DNA of 64,000 nucleotides from Candidatus Multivoradales bacterium (GCA_965248055.1 CBDFIJ010000004.1:2112001-2176000), one strand, 5' to 3'. Positions 38,361 to 48,483 are shown, numbered from the stretch's first letter. The notes: generated by a model from the sequence alone, not told the origin. Program-made: numbers and translations.

Positions 38361-40223
38361 TTATCGTTGAGGCAGGTACTTGACGAAGATTCGGTAGCGC
38401 AGGTCTTGACCACCGCCGATGTATTGCTCTGCAAATCGTAGGGCTTGCAGGATCTGCTGGTCGCGGGGGGCCAGTTTGGAAGCTTCGCTCAGCGACTCGA
38501 CCGCGGACTCGACGCTACCTCCAGCCAGTGACCTACGCGCCATATTGAAATGGGAAGCGATTAAGAGATCGCGTATCGCCGGGTTGTCTGGCGATTCACG
38601 AAGAGTGCGCCACAAGGGCGCGATGGCAGTGGAGTAGTCGCCGTCGCGATAGGAAAGGTAAGCGTCTGCGTAGGGTTCCATGCGCTGTTGGGCGACGCTC
38701 AACAGGGCGGCTTCGTCGGTGGTGAGAGGCGCCACTGCGGCTGCTTGGTCAAAGGCTTCGACGGCGCGGTGAAATAGTCCGGTGTCGAGAGTCGCTTCCC
38801 CTTCGGTGATCAGGGCATCTCGGGCGGCGAGTTCCTCCGCTGATGGTTGACCCTCTTCTTCGACGGTGGCGGCGGCAACTTCATCGGCCTCGGCTTGCCA
38901 TTTTTCGATCAATGCTTGGGCTTCCCCGTGGCGGGCGTCGGTGGCGGGGATTCTCTCCAGGACAACCAGGGCGGAATCCAGGCGTTCGCGGGTGTATAGG
39001 GCTTGTGCCCGATCAATTGGATGGCGAGCGACCCTCTGTGACGAATCACCTCCGGCGTTGGGAAAAAGATTTTGTCGCTGATTGAAAATGAACCAACCAC
39101 CGATGGTCACCAGGGCGAGAGCCAAGCCAGCGATCACCAGAAATTTTGGGCTCAAACTGGTCTTGCGTTTGCTCGAAGCCTTTGGTGTTGGATCAGAAGC
39201 TCTGGCTATGGAGTTGTCGCTCGAGGCAATACTGGCCCGTGTTGCCCGTGGAACGTCTGATACCGGTATTGGAGGGGGAGGGGGAATCGCCTCGGTCGGT
39301 TCAGCTTGAAGGTCTTGGCTTGAGGGTTGGCCAGTTTCAGGGGTCGCCTTGCCCGCCTCCAGTCTCTCAAGATGCTCTTTTGCAGCAACGTGATTGGGCT
39401 GTAGCTCCAAGGCCGCCATCAAGTCGGCGCGCGCACCCTCGGTGTCCCCAGACTCGATCTTCTCCAGTCCGGCGTGAAATAGCTCTTCGGCTTGCCGATC
39501 TCTCTCGGCCAAGCGCCGTCGGGCTTCTTCGATCTTCTCGTTGGCCGTGGCGTGATCCAGGTCGATCAAGAAGACTCTTGACCAGGCGTCGATCGCTGTC
39601 TGGAAATCTCCACCATCGAATGCTGCTTGACCCTCGGCGAGCAATGCCGCGACCCGATCGTCGGGCTGGTCATCGGGCTGGTCATCGGGCTGGGGGTCGC
39701 GAGACTCCTCGTCAGGGGCCGGTTCTGCGATCGTCGATTCGTCACTGGCAGGATCTTCAATGACTGGTTTTTCAACAGTCTCTTCAACTGCGAACGCGGC
39801 GTCTGACTCTTCAACGACCGAGTTGTCGGCAGGATCTGACGGCTCTGCAGTGGCCGCAGGTTCGTTGTCCGGAAGCTCGGTGTTGGACATCAACTCGATG
39901 GTGGAGTCGCTTTCGCTAATGACCGTGGATTCCACCGTTTCGATCGGCTCAAGAATGGTTGAGTCGCTGGAGGCTTTTGGGGTTCCTAGGCCAGCGAGAG
40001 CTGCCAGATCGGTGATTTCGACCCCACCGTCGGCCGCATTGTTGATCCGAGAGCGCAACTCCGCAACCGGAGCGAAGCTCGGATCCAGGCGTTCGATAAA
40101 GGTGCAGCCCATCAGGGCGTCGTCGTAGTTGCCATCGGCTACCTCACGCAACATCGACCTGAAAGTCGACTGCACACGACGTTGGACGTCTTCGGCGAGA
40201 TCAGGATTCCCAGGATAGTTCAA
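38361..40223 (-). CDS. Large TPR-containing single-pass membrane protein
   Basis: EGQAAFDGGDFQTAIDAWSRVFLID TPRs; central TM; further TPRs at the C-terminus. Confidence 0.85.
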   Translation of the reverse strand: MNYPGNPDLAEDVQRRVQSTFRSMLREVADGNYDDALMGCTFIERLDPSFAPVAELRSRINNAADGGVEITDLAALAGLGTPKASSDSTILEPIETVESTVISESDSTIELMSNTELPDNEPAATAEPSDPADNSVVEESDAAFAVEETVEKPVIEDPASDESTIAEPAPDEESRDPQPDDQPDDQPDDRVAALLAEGQAAFDGGDFQTAIDAWSRVFLIDLDHATANEKIEEARRRLAERDRQAEELFHAGLEKIESGDTEGARADLMAALELQPNHVAAKEHLERLEAGKATPETGQPSSQDLQAEPTEAIPPPPPIPVSDVPRATRASIASSDNSIARASDPTPKASSKRKTSLSPKFLVIAGLALALVTIGGWFIFNQRQNLFPNAGGDSSQRVARHPIDRAQALYTRERLDSALVVLERIPATDARHGEAQALIEKWQAEADEVAAATVEEEGQPSAEELAARDALITEGEATLDTGLFHRAVEAFDQAAAVAPLTTDEAALLSVAQQRMEPYADAYLSYRDGDYSTAIAPLWRTLRESPDNPAIRDLLIASHFNMARRSLAGGSVESAVESLSEASKLAPRDQQILQALRFAEQYIGGGQDLRYRIFVKYLPQR

Positions 40224-40446
40224 ACGTGTTGCCCCTTAGTTCGCAAGACGGCTGGGTTATGGTAGCAAAGGAGGGGCCAATAAGAGTGTGTTCGAAAAGG
40301 CTACGGTCAAGAGGTGCGTGGCGCGCTGATGGCGTGACCAGAAGCGAGAGAGAGGGAGTATCGGTGAATCTTGGACCTATTACCAGGGCTGATTCTTTTC
40401 CGACTAGATCCTCGTGGAGGATCGATCGCAGGTGGGGCAGATTTCC

Positions 40447-41382
40447 ATGATTCTGGAAGCCGTTCCCAACATCAGCGAAGGGCGGAACCTTGAGCAAATT
40501 GCCTCTTGGGCCCGGTGGTGGGAGTTCCAAGACGACGTTGACTTGCTCGACCACTCCGCAGATCCTGATCACCATCGATCGGTGTTCACTTTGGTTGGTG
40601 AGCGCGACCGGTTGATCCACGGGTTGGTCGAATGGTTGGGTGAGGTCTTACCGTCGATCGATCTTCAACATCACGCCGGGGTTCATCCGCGTATTGGTGC
40701 GGCGGATGTCGTGCCTTTGGTGCCGTTGGGTTCCACGACCATGGCAGAGGCGGTCCAAGCGTCTCACGAACTGGCAGCAGCGGTTGCCAAGCGTCATTGT
40801 TTGCCGGTCTTTCTCTATGGTCGGGCGCTTGACGACGACCCGGTGAAGGCAGGAAAACGTGCTCGACTGGCGCAGTTACGACGCGGTGGCCTGGAGGCAT
40901 TGAATGAAAGGATCGACCGGTCCTCCAATTGGCAACCTGACTATGGCGGTCTGTTCGGGGAAGACGGCTCTCTACCTCCACAATGGGGTGCCAGTGCGGT
41001 GGGTGCTCGTGGCTTTCTGGTGGCGTGCAACGTTTTGCTGTCCGGCGGCGACGTCCTTGCGGCTCGATCTATCGCTCGATCGGTGCGCCAATCCAACGGC
41101 GGTCTTCCCGGTGTCCAAGCCATTGGCCTCTACCTAGCGTCTCAAGACAAACTACAGGTATCGATGAACCTGGTGGAGATCGACAAGACCTCGGTGCCTA
41201 GAGTCGTGGCGGAAGTCGAGAGGTTGGCGAAGTCGAGGTCCTTGGCGGTGGATCAGGTGGAGTTGATTGGGCTGGTGCCGCGCGCAGCTTTGGACGGTGT
41301 ACCGCCTGCCCATTTCGGTTGGAGTGAGAGTCAGGTGTTGGAGACTGGTTTGGAGGAATGTGGTTGGCTCGAGGCGTTGTGA
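40447..41382 (+). CDS. ftcD: Glutamate formimidoyltransferase
   Basis: LEAVPNISEGR, DPDHHRSVFT, IDLQHHAGVHPRIGAADVVPLVP, GARGFLVACN, QVSMNL, ELIGLVP. Confidence 0.93.
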   Translation: MILEAVPNISEGRNLEQIASWARWWEFQDDVDLLDHSADPDHHRSVFTLVGERDRLIHGLVEWLGEVLPSIDLQHHAGVHPRIGAADVVPLVPLGSTTMAEAVQASHELAAAVAKRHCLPVFLYGRALDDDPVKAGKRARLAQLRRGGLEALNERIDRSSNWQPDYGGLFGEDGSLPPQWGASAVGARGFLVACNVLLSGGDVLAARSIARSVRQSNGGLPGVQAIGLYLASQDKLQVSMNLVEIDKTSVPRVVAEVERLAKSRSLAVDQVELIGLVPRAALDGVPPAHFGWSESQVLETGLEECGWLEAL

Positions 41383-41430
41383 CGCCTGTTGTTTCTTGAT
41401 CCTTGGCTATTTCCTCACTGTGCGACAATT

Positions 41431-42190
41431 GAGATCCTTCGACTCCTTTCGCTGCGCTTCAGTCGCTCAGGATGACCTTGTGGGGGGATCTTGTCCGAGC
41501 GGGAGGGGTAAATCCCTTCCCTACGAAGAAGACAGAATTCGATCTAGCAGCTTCTCCAACAAGGCAACTATGGCTCGATGTTGGGTGGTGGCCTTCGTAG
41601 GGGAGGCCCTTGCGGCCTCCCGCTCTAGTCAGGCTCACCGTCATCCCGGCGGGGGTTGGGGAGCCGGGATTTGTCCAGGATAATGAAGGGATCGATTCCC
41701 GCCCCTCTCCCTCCCGCCCGGGGGAATGACGAAAGAAGCGATCGGTCCAAGTGGGAGGGAATAGACCGCTCCCCTACAAAGAAGACAGAATTCGGTCAAG
41801 GTGTCGAAAGTGGAAGCGTCTTCTCGGCAGTGGGCGCCACTGTTACCAGCAGGATCTCTTTCTTGTCATCCTGAGCGAGCTTGCGAGTCGAAGGATCTCG
41901 ACACCCCAGAAGAACTTCTGCCGCGCATTTGTGGAATCACCACCACGTCATCCCGGCGGGGGTTGGGGCTGGGGAGCCGGGATCTGTCTGATGCGGGGAT
42001 AGATTCCCGCCCCACTCCCTCCCCCCCGCGGGAATGACGAAACAGGTAATCGGTCTGAGCGGGGGGGGGATAAACCCCTCCCCTACAAAGAAGGCAGAAT
42101 TCGATCTAACGGTTTCGCTATAGAGCAACGAGGAATCGATGCTGGGTGGTGTCGCTCTTCGTAGGGGACGCCTTCTACGGCCTCCCGCAC
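41431..42190. repeat. Mosaic of REP-like palindromes (types A, B and GTAG-type) between convergent ftcd and mpl
   Basis: Type A at 41431-41476 (-) and 41865-41899 (+); type B doublets at 41640-41730 and 41947-42038; GTAG-type near 41501, 41597, 41752, 42061 and 42161. Confidence 0.92.
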
Positions 42191-42205
42191 TTTTCAGGAG
42201 GAGGC

Positions 42206-43618
42206 TTACAGCCCAGCTAAAACTCTGCGCGGCAGGTTGTCAAACGAACCGGAGGACATGGTCAAGACCAGGTCCCCAGCTCGTACGGTCGCCAAGGTGA
42301 GCTCCAAGAGTTGGTCGTTGGATTCTGCACAGGTCGCCTCGCCTTGACGACTACGCAGTTCTTCCGCCAGCCGATCCAAGTCCAGCCTTTGATCGTCGCT
42401 CAGTCGTCCGGCGTGGAAGATCGGTGCTAGCAGCACGACTTCTGCTTCGGAGAAAGCGTCCAGGTAAGCCTGAAAGAACATCTCTCGTCCGGCGGTGAGG
42501 CTGCGGGGTTCAAAAAGAACCACCAGCCTTCTTCCGGGGTAGGCGGCCCGAGCTCCCTTAAGCGTGGTGGCAATTGCGGTGGGGTGATGAGCAAAGTCAT
42601 CGACCACCACCACGTCGTTAGCTTGACCGACCATTTCCATGCGTCGTTTGACCCCCTCAAACCGGCCAAGGGCTGTCGAGACTTCACTGGGCAGATAGTT
42701 GTCCATGCGCAGGGCACCGTAGACCGCAAGGGCGTTTTCCACGTTGTGACGACCGGCGATGTTTAGATGCACCAGCATCGGCTCCTCATCCACCATCCTG
42801 ACTACGAAACGCTGACCTTCAGCGTCCGCTTCCAAGTCTTCGGCGCGTAGGTCTAGATTGCTGTCGGCGTCACCAATTCCGTAGGTCAAAACCGGTGCAC
42901 GAGCGCCGTCCAACACCTCCTCGATCCCAGGAGCGGTGCCGCAAGCGAGAATGAGTCCGTTCTCCGGCACGATCGAGACCAATTGACGATAGGCGTTGAG
43001 CAGTGACTGGTGATCCGGATAGAGATCGGCATGATCCCATTCGACGCTGGTCAGAATCAGGGTATGCGGTCGGTAGTGGAGAAACTTCGGTCCACGGTCG
43101 AAGTAAGCGGCGTTGTATTCGTCGCCCTCGATGATGAAGCGATCCCCGGTGCCAGCGTTGAAACTCCGACTCAGGTTGGTGGGGATCCCGCCGATCAGAT
43201 AGCCAGGATCGTGGTGTAAATCGGAATACGCCCAGGCTGCGATCGAAGTGGTAGTGGTCTTACCGTGGGTACCCGCGATCACCAACGGTTTCCGATCCTC
43301 CAGGAAGAATCGCGCCAATGCTTGAGGCATCGAAATGCGTTCAATTCCACGATTCTCGACCTCGACCGCCTCGACGTGGGTCCGCGGAACCGCATTGCCG
43401 ATCACCGCCAAGTCTGGGTCGACCTGATTTAGATTGGCGGGGTTATAGCCAGTAATGGTTTCGATCCCGGCGTCCCCAAGCAGAGTACTCATCGGCGGAT
43501 AAATGGGCCCGTCCGATCCGGTTACTTGATGTCCAGCCTCCTTGAGCAAACACGCCAAAGGCGCCATGCCGGTACCGCCGATCGCGACTAAGTAGATCGA
43601 AGAGGGAGAAGTGCTCAC
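42206..43618 (-). CDS. mpl: Murein peptide ligase (Mpl/MurC family)
   Basis: IGGTGMAPLA, GSDGPIYPPMST, AGTHGKTTT, IEGDEYNAAYFDRGPKF, DDFAHHPTAI, FEPRS, MSSGSF. Confidence 0.9.
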   Translation of the reverse strand: MSTSPSSIYLVAIGGTGMAPLACLLKEAGHQVTGSDGPIYPPMSTLLGDAGIETITGYNPANLNQVDPDLAVIGNAVPRTHVEAVEVENRGIERISMPQALARFFLEDRKPLVIAGTHGKTTTTSIAAWAYSDLHHDPGYLIGGIPTNLSRSFNAGTGDRFIIEGDEYNAAYFDRGPKFLHYRPHTLILTSVEWDHADLYPDHQSLLNAYRQLVSIVPENGLILACGTAPGIEEVLDGARAPVLTYGIGDADSNLDLRAEDLEADAEGQRFVVRMVDEEPMLVHLNIAGRHNVENALAVYGALRMDNYLPSEVSTALGRFEGVKRRMEMVGQANDVVVVDDFAHHPTAIATTLKGARAAYPGRRLVVLFEPRSLTAGREMFFQAYLDAFSEAEVVLLAPIFHAGRLSDDQRLDLDRLAEELRSRQGEATCAESNDQLLELTLATVRAGDLVLTMSSGSFDNLPRRVLAGL

Positions 43619-43668
43619 AGCGTGGAGTTTGCCACACCGCAAGGCTACCGTTGAGCGATTGTCGATGG

Positions 43669-45423
43669 CTATTCGGAGACGAATTGGTTCAGATCGAGAC
43701 GCGCTGAGGTCACCCCCGAGGTTTCATTGAGGGTGTCGAAGAAGGCCCCGGTAAACAGGTATTCTCCCGGTGATAACTCGAAAGTAGTACTGACCTTGAA
43801 AGCGTCACTGGGGCGAATGCCCCGAGCATTGTCGACTCGTACTTCAGACGCTTCGAGTTCCCGAAGCTCGATCAATTGACCGTTGACTTGGTAGACCGCT
43901 ATGAAAGGCTCGAGTTTGGCGACCAGGTGATCACCATCCACCATCATTCCTATTTTGTGTGCAGGAGTCGCAATCGTGACGCGGGTCTCGATGTTCTTCC
44001 CGTCTTGGAGACCGCTTCCAGATAGATGGACCGGGAATGAACCATAGCTACCCGGTAATAAGGACATTCTCTCCACCTGATTGAGTAGTAGGGATCTCTT
44101 GTCGAGATCGACGTAGTTTCGTTGGTAGGACAAACGAGCCAACGGGTGGCCCTCCACTTTGACCTTGATGCGGTGGTGCAAACCATCCCTTCCGTGCGGC
44201 ACGAGTACCGTGACCTCATACACTGGCTCCTCAAAGGCACGATGGAAAACATACGAAGGATCGTTGAGAACCACCCGATGCCCACCGGTATGGATCGACA
44301 TGTTCCTGGCCAAGGAGCCCAAAGAAAGGAAGTGTTCATACCCCGAAGCCACAGCGGCGGTTTCCATGTACTCGCCTATCAAGCCCATGTCGCTGGCCGA
44401 ACTATCGGCAGACCCGTAGCGCAAGGTGAGACCAGACATGTCGGAGGCATGAAGAACGACTCCAGCCGCAGCAGCCAAGGAGCCCAGTTCCCAAGACGCG
44501 CGAGTCGCTTGGAAGACATCTTTGGCTGGACAGCCTTGGGGAACCGAGCTAAAGCTGGTCCCATGAACCCAAACGACCGTCTTGCGACCGGGGAGGGGAG
44601 ACAGACTTTCAACGAGTTGCCTTAGTTTGCTGGTCTGTCCGACCATCCACTCGGCCTGCATTCGGCAATCGGAGCCCCGAAATCTCTTGAGTTGTTCATC
44701 CTCACCTGTCGCGGTAGTTGGGCCGGCATTGGTTTGAGACGGATGTGACGCGGCATTGAATTCCCTTGCCTTTTGCACCCACGCTGATTCACTCGGGGAG
44801 GCGACGAACCGCCACACACGCGTCTCTTCGCTCCTCTTTTTCTTCAGCTCTTCTAGGGTTGTCTTGAGTGTCTCCGGGTCTTGAGTGGGCGAATCGAGCA
44901 GGCCGACCGCCCCGTCCAAAGTAGCAACGATCCATGTCCGTTCGGCCACCAGCCTGGAATTCTGGTCGACCCAACGCGAGATCTCGTCGACCGCGTTGAC
45001 AAAACGAATTCGGTTGTCGACGAAGTCAAACAGTAAGACGACGGTTTCTTGCTGCCGAGGGTTGGCCACCACAGGCTGTGGAGTTGGTGTTTGTTGCTCC
45101 GTTGTCTCAACTCTCGCTGAGGCAGTTGGTGTCGCCACACCTCGCGGATTGAGGACTTGGAAACGGACGATTTCTACCGGCTCTCCATCTTCGGTGACCG
45201 TGAAGTCACTCTGGGTCAGGTCGTCTACCGGTAACCCAAGACCGTTTTCAATCCTCACTTCCAAACGGACTTCGTGGACAGCAATACTCTCTTGAAAGAC
45301 AGGGGAAGATCCGCCTTGATCTTGACCTAGGACCACGCCAGAGGCCAATGAAAGTGACAGAAGAGCACCAATGATTGGTTGATAAGACCCCGTATGAGGA
45401 CAACACAAGCTACGTTTCGCCAT
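43669..45423 (-). CDS. Exported VWA-domain protein (acidobacterial VWFA-related type)
   Basis: GLPVDDLTQSDFTVTEDGEPVEI, VVLLFD, LSPLPGRKTVVW, TGG, RDGLHHRIKVKV; start uncertain. Confidence 0.82.
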   Translation of the reverse strand: MAKRSLCCPHTGSYQPIIGALLSLSLASGVVLGQDQGGSSPVFQESIAVHEVRLEVRIENGLGLPVDDLTQSDFTVTEDGEPVEIVRFQVLNPRGVATPTASARVETTEQQTPTPQPVVANPRQQETVVLLFDFVDNRIRFVNAVDEISRWVDQNSRLVAERTWIVATLDGAVGLLDSPTQDPETLKTTLEELKKKRSEETRVWRFVASPSESAWVQKAREFNAASHPSQTNAGPTTATGEDEQLKRFRGSDCRMQAEWMVGQTSKLRQLVESLSPLPGRKTVVWVHGTSFSSVPQGCPAKDVFQATRASWELGSLAAAAGVVLHASDMSGLTLRYGSADSSASDMGLIGEYMETAAVASGYEHFLSLGSLARNMSIHTGGHRVVLNDPSYVFHRAFEEPVYEVTVLVPHGRDGLHHRIKVKVEGHPLARLSYQRNYVDLDKRSLLLNQVERMSLLPGSYGSFPVHLSGSGLQDGKNIETRVTIATPAHKIGMMVDGDHLVAKLEPFIAVYQVNGQLIELRELEASEVRVDNARGIRPSDAFKVSTTFELSPGEYLFTGAFFDTLNETSGVTSARLDLNQFVSE

Positions 45424-45491
45424 AAAAAGACATGAAAAGCAATAACAATGCCGGATATCAGCTGGTGGGGTAGACGCCAACCGATCGAAAG

Positions 45492-46184
45492 CTAGCTATC
45501 GAGATCGGCGAGAGCTTGGGTCACCAAGAAGCGAGATGCTGCAAGAGCTAGGTCTTGGTCACCCCGAGAGATACTCACCTCCACCGCAACTCGCGCTTGA
45601 TCGGAACAAGCCTGCAGATATCCGATGCCGATGACCTGATCGTAGATCCACCAAGCCCGATCCCCTAGTTCTGATATTGGTTGTACCAGTTCGATCTTTT
45701 CCTCAGCGCCGTCGTTCTCGGGGTTGTTCGTTGGAACTTCGGGAGCCGAACAGAGAATTGATCCACCGGGAAAGTGTTGAGTTTGGCTGACATGGAGGGT
45801 GACTTCGTTGGAGTCCTCGGCGAAGCTCAACCAACTGCACGACTCGGTTTGAAATCCACCGTCAATCTCAAGGATTTCCTCGACAGCGTAGGAAGCGTAC
45901 TCCAGCGGGTTGCCCAGTAATTCTTCGACCTCGGCTTGGGTGATGACGCTGCAAGGGTAGTGGTCCGCTCCTGGCGCTGGGCCGGGAGCGAGCGGTTCGT
46001 CGTCCGCCCAATTAGGGGCTTGCGAGCTGTCCGCTGAGCCCGAGGATGCTGACGCATTTGCTTCCGACTCGTCCTTGCCGCAGGAAACCGTCGCAAGACC
46101 GACCAAGGTCACAAGAACAAGGATACTTTGTAGTTTGTAGGTCATCGTGAGGGCAGCTCCGTGGTGTTTGAATTTATCAGTCAC
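45492..46184 (-). CDS. Hypothetical lipoprotein (DUF3558-like)
   Basis: Lipobox TVSC; PCSVITQAEVEELLG and ISELGDRAWW motifs. Confidence 0.7.
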   Translation of the reverse strand: MTDKFKHHGAALTMTYKLQSILVLVTLVGLATVSCGKDESEANASASSGSADSSQAPNWADDEPLAPGPAPGADHYPCSVITQAEVEELLGNPLEYASYAVEEILEIDGGFQTESCSWLSFAEDSNEVTLHVSQTQHFPGGSILCSAPEVPTNNPENDGAEEKIELVQPISELGDRAWWIYDQVIGIGYLQACSDQARVAVEVSISRGDQDLALAASRFLVTQALADLDS

Positions 46185-46250
46185 GGTTGTGCGGCGGCTC
46201 AGGTTTGGGCTAGCTTCGTGTTTGTTTCAGCTGAGCGAATTGCTAGCAGC

Positions 46251-46790
46251 GAGAGGGGATAAATCCCTTCCCTACAAAATCAAGGGGGATTTGTTGTTGG
46301 GTTTGGGTCGATTCTTGGTAGGGGAGGCCTTTGCGGCCTCCCCTCGGCATTCGGACAGGTCCTAGCGATCAGAACGGTCCCCCTTTTTGTCATCCCGGCG
46401 GGGGTTTGGGTTGGGAGCCGGGATCTATTCGAGAATTAGGGAGAGATTTCCGCCCCTCTCCCTCCCTCCCTCCCTCCCTCCCTCCCGAGGGAATGACGAG
46501 GAGTTGGAGGGCGACCCCGACAATAGGAAGGGCGCGACATACTGATTGGTTCTCTCCGTCATCCTGAGCGACTTCCCTTCCTCCCGAGGGAATGACGAGG
46601 AGTTGGAGGACGACCCCTGACAATAGGAGAGCGCGACGTGCTGATTGGTTCTCTCCGTCATCCTGAGCGACTTCCCTTCCTCCCGAGGGAATGACGAGGA
46701 GTTGGAGGACGACCCCTGACAATAGGAGAGCGCGACGTGCTGATTGGTTCTCTCCGTCATCCTGAGCGAGCTTGCGAGTCGAAGGATCTC
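46251..46790. repeat. REP mosaic with a 3 x 99-bp tandem amplification
   Basis: GTAG-type pair 46251-46342; type B doublet 46389-46497; 99-bp units starting 46481, 46580 and 46679; complete type A 46756-46790. Confidence 0.92.
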
Positions 46791-46865
46791 AACGGCCCGT
46801 GGTTGGCAAATACTGATCTCAACCTTTCCGTCCAGAGGAACCGGATCCGTTATGCTTTCCGACCG

Positions 46866-47933
46866 ATGAAAAGAGACTGTAGAAGCCACTCACAACACCT
46901 CGCCGCCACCGTATTGTTCCTGGTCGCACTAGGAGTGAGCCTTGGTTCGTCACCGACACTCGCAGCACCCAGGGCGGTGGCCATGACCACCATCGAAGAC
47001 GTCGGCCGCATTGACGACGCGAACGACGTTGACGTCGCATTCAAGATCCAAAATCAAGGAGACAGTGATCTCGACTTGGTCGACGTTGTCGCGGCCTGTG
47101 GCTGCACCGTGGTCGACTACGACCAGCGAATCGTCGCCGGTGCGACCGGGACAGTGCGGGTGACGTTGAAGCCGCAAGGTTACTCCGGGGCCTTGGCGCG
47201 CTCAGTGCGGGTGTACACCAACGATGCAGGCAACCCCTACATCGATTTCGTCATCAAAGCGGTGATCGCGCCGTCGGTCTACATGACCCCTGGTTATGCG
47301 CGCCTGGTGGCAATCGCTGGAGACCCAGTTGAGCCAGCGAAGCAAGTGATTTGGGCAGCGGATTTTGACGGCCTAGAGATTCTAGAGGCAACCACCAAAC
47401 TCGACTTTGTCGAGTTAGACGTGCGGCCTGCTGACGAGACTGAACGATCGGACCAGGGATCTGGCTCGCAATGGGTGGTCACTGCGCGACTCACAGGTAC
47501 CCCGCCAGCCGAGGAATTCAGCGATACGGTCACCATCCGCACCAACCATCCCCGTCGAGCCGACCTCCATTTGCCGTTGTTTGGCCAAATTCATGCGCCG
47601 CTTCGATCTCTGCCGGGCACCTTGCAATTGGGTTCCCATGCCTTGGGCTCTGAAATCGAAGCCTCGGTGCGCTTGGTCTCCATGCGCGAAGGGGATGAGG
47701 TTGAATGGGGTGAAGCAATCCTGGCCCCGGGGAATGCAACAGCGGAGGATACAGCTCCCGCGGCTGCCGGAACTGTCGAAACCTCCTATGAAGAAATCGA
47801 AGACCGTTACTACCTCGTCATGTTCTTTCGCGACTGGCCCCTTGGTCCGATCAACGCCGAGATTCTTGTCTCCACCGACAACCCGGAAATGCCGGTGTTG
47901 ACGATTCCGGTGGTTGGGGAGATTGTTGAGTAG
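46866..47933 (+). CDS. DUF1573-domain exported protein (Ig-like repeats)
   Basis: FKIQNQGDSDL..V.AACGCTV, SVRVYTND, TIRTNHP, VSTDNP. Confidence 0.85.
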   Translation: MKRDCRSHSQHLAATVLFLVALGVSLGSSPTLAAPRAVAMTTIEDVGRIDDANDVDVAFKIQNQGDSDLDLVDVVAACGCTVVDYDQRIVAGATGTVRVTLKPQGYSGALARSVRVYTNDAGNPYIDFVIKAVIAPSVYMTPGYARLVAIAGDPVEPAKQVIWAADFDGLEILEATTKLDFVELDVRPADETERSDQGSGSQWVVTARLTGTPPAEEFSDTVTIRTNHPRRADLHLPLFGQIHAPLRSLPGTLQLGSHALGSEIEASVRLVSMREGDEVEWGEAILAPGNATAEDTAPAAAGTVETSYEEIEDRYYLVMFFRDWPLGPINAEILVSTDNPEMPVLTIPVVGEIVE

Positions 47934-48062
47934 TCGCTTCGATTGGGAGAAGTACCGCGCGATCACTGCCAGTTCGGTGAGTTAATGCACTCCAATGACA
48001 AGAAAGGGAGTGCGGGCACTATTGCTAAGTCACACCGAAAGAGACCGGAACCCCGAGCGTTT

Positions 48063-48106
48063 GTCCTCAGCACGGCTCATACCGTGAGAGTGAGCCGAAG
48101 GATCTC
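48063..48106 (+). repeat. Variant type A REP upstream of the GIY-YIG gene
   Basis: GTCCTCAGCACGGCTCA...TGAGCCGAAGGATCTC. Confidence 0.7.
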
Positions 48107-48152
48107 TAGCCCTCGATGCAGGTTCAAAGACCCCTGATACGTCTTCTGGTAT

Positions 48153-48440
48153 GTGCCCCGGACCTACTACGTTTACATCACAGCCAGCTGGACGCGGGTT
48201 CTCTATATCGGAATCACGTCGAATTTGCCCAGACGTATGAGCCAGCACCGTGTCGCCCAAACCGGATTTACCGCTCGCTACAAGGTTCGCCGACTGGTTT
48301 ATCTAGAAGAGTTCAGGGATCCTTACTCAGCGATCGCGTGCGAGAAACAACTCAAAGGTTGGCGAAGAGCGAAGAAACTGGCTCTTATTGAAGAGCAGAA
48401 TCCTGATTGGCGGGACCGTACCGGGAGTTTGGGTCTTTGA
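48153..48440 (+). CDS. Small stand-alone GIY-YIG nuclease (UPF0213/SLX1-like)
   Basis: YYVYI...LYIGITSNLPRRMSQH...GFTARYKVRRLVYLE...AIACEKQLKGWRRAKKLALIEEQNPDW. Confidence 0.93.
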   Translation: MPRTYYVYITASWTRVLYIGITSNLPRRMSQHRVAQTGFTARYKVRRLVYLEEFRDPYSAIACEKQLKGWRRAKKLALIEEQNPDWRDRTGSLGL

Positions 48441-48483
48441 GATCCTTCGACCTCGCCGCTGCGCTCTGGTCGCTCAGGATGAC
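48439..48483 (-). repeat. Inverted type A REP overlapping the GIY-YIG stop codon
   Basis: GAGATCCTTCGACC...GGTCGCTCAGGATGAC. Confidence 0.9.

Noticed and set aside
39655-39695. 12-bp repeat encoding (QPDD)n in the TPR protein
   Set aside because: Ordinary in-frame slippage in a disordered acidic linker
41267-42128. Short ORFs across the REP mosaics (also 17073-17404, 46147-46889 and 48385-49330)
   Set aside because: They are made of palindromic repeats or antisense rph; the recurring peptides (CHPER, VILSE, LRMT) are repeat translations
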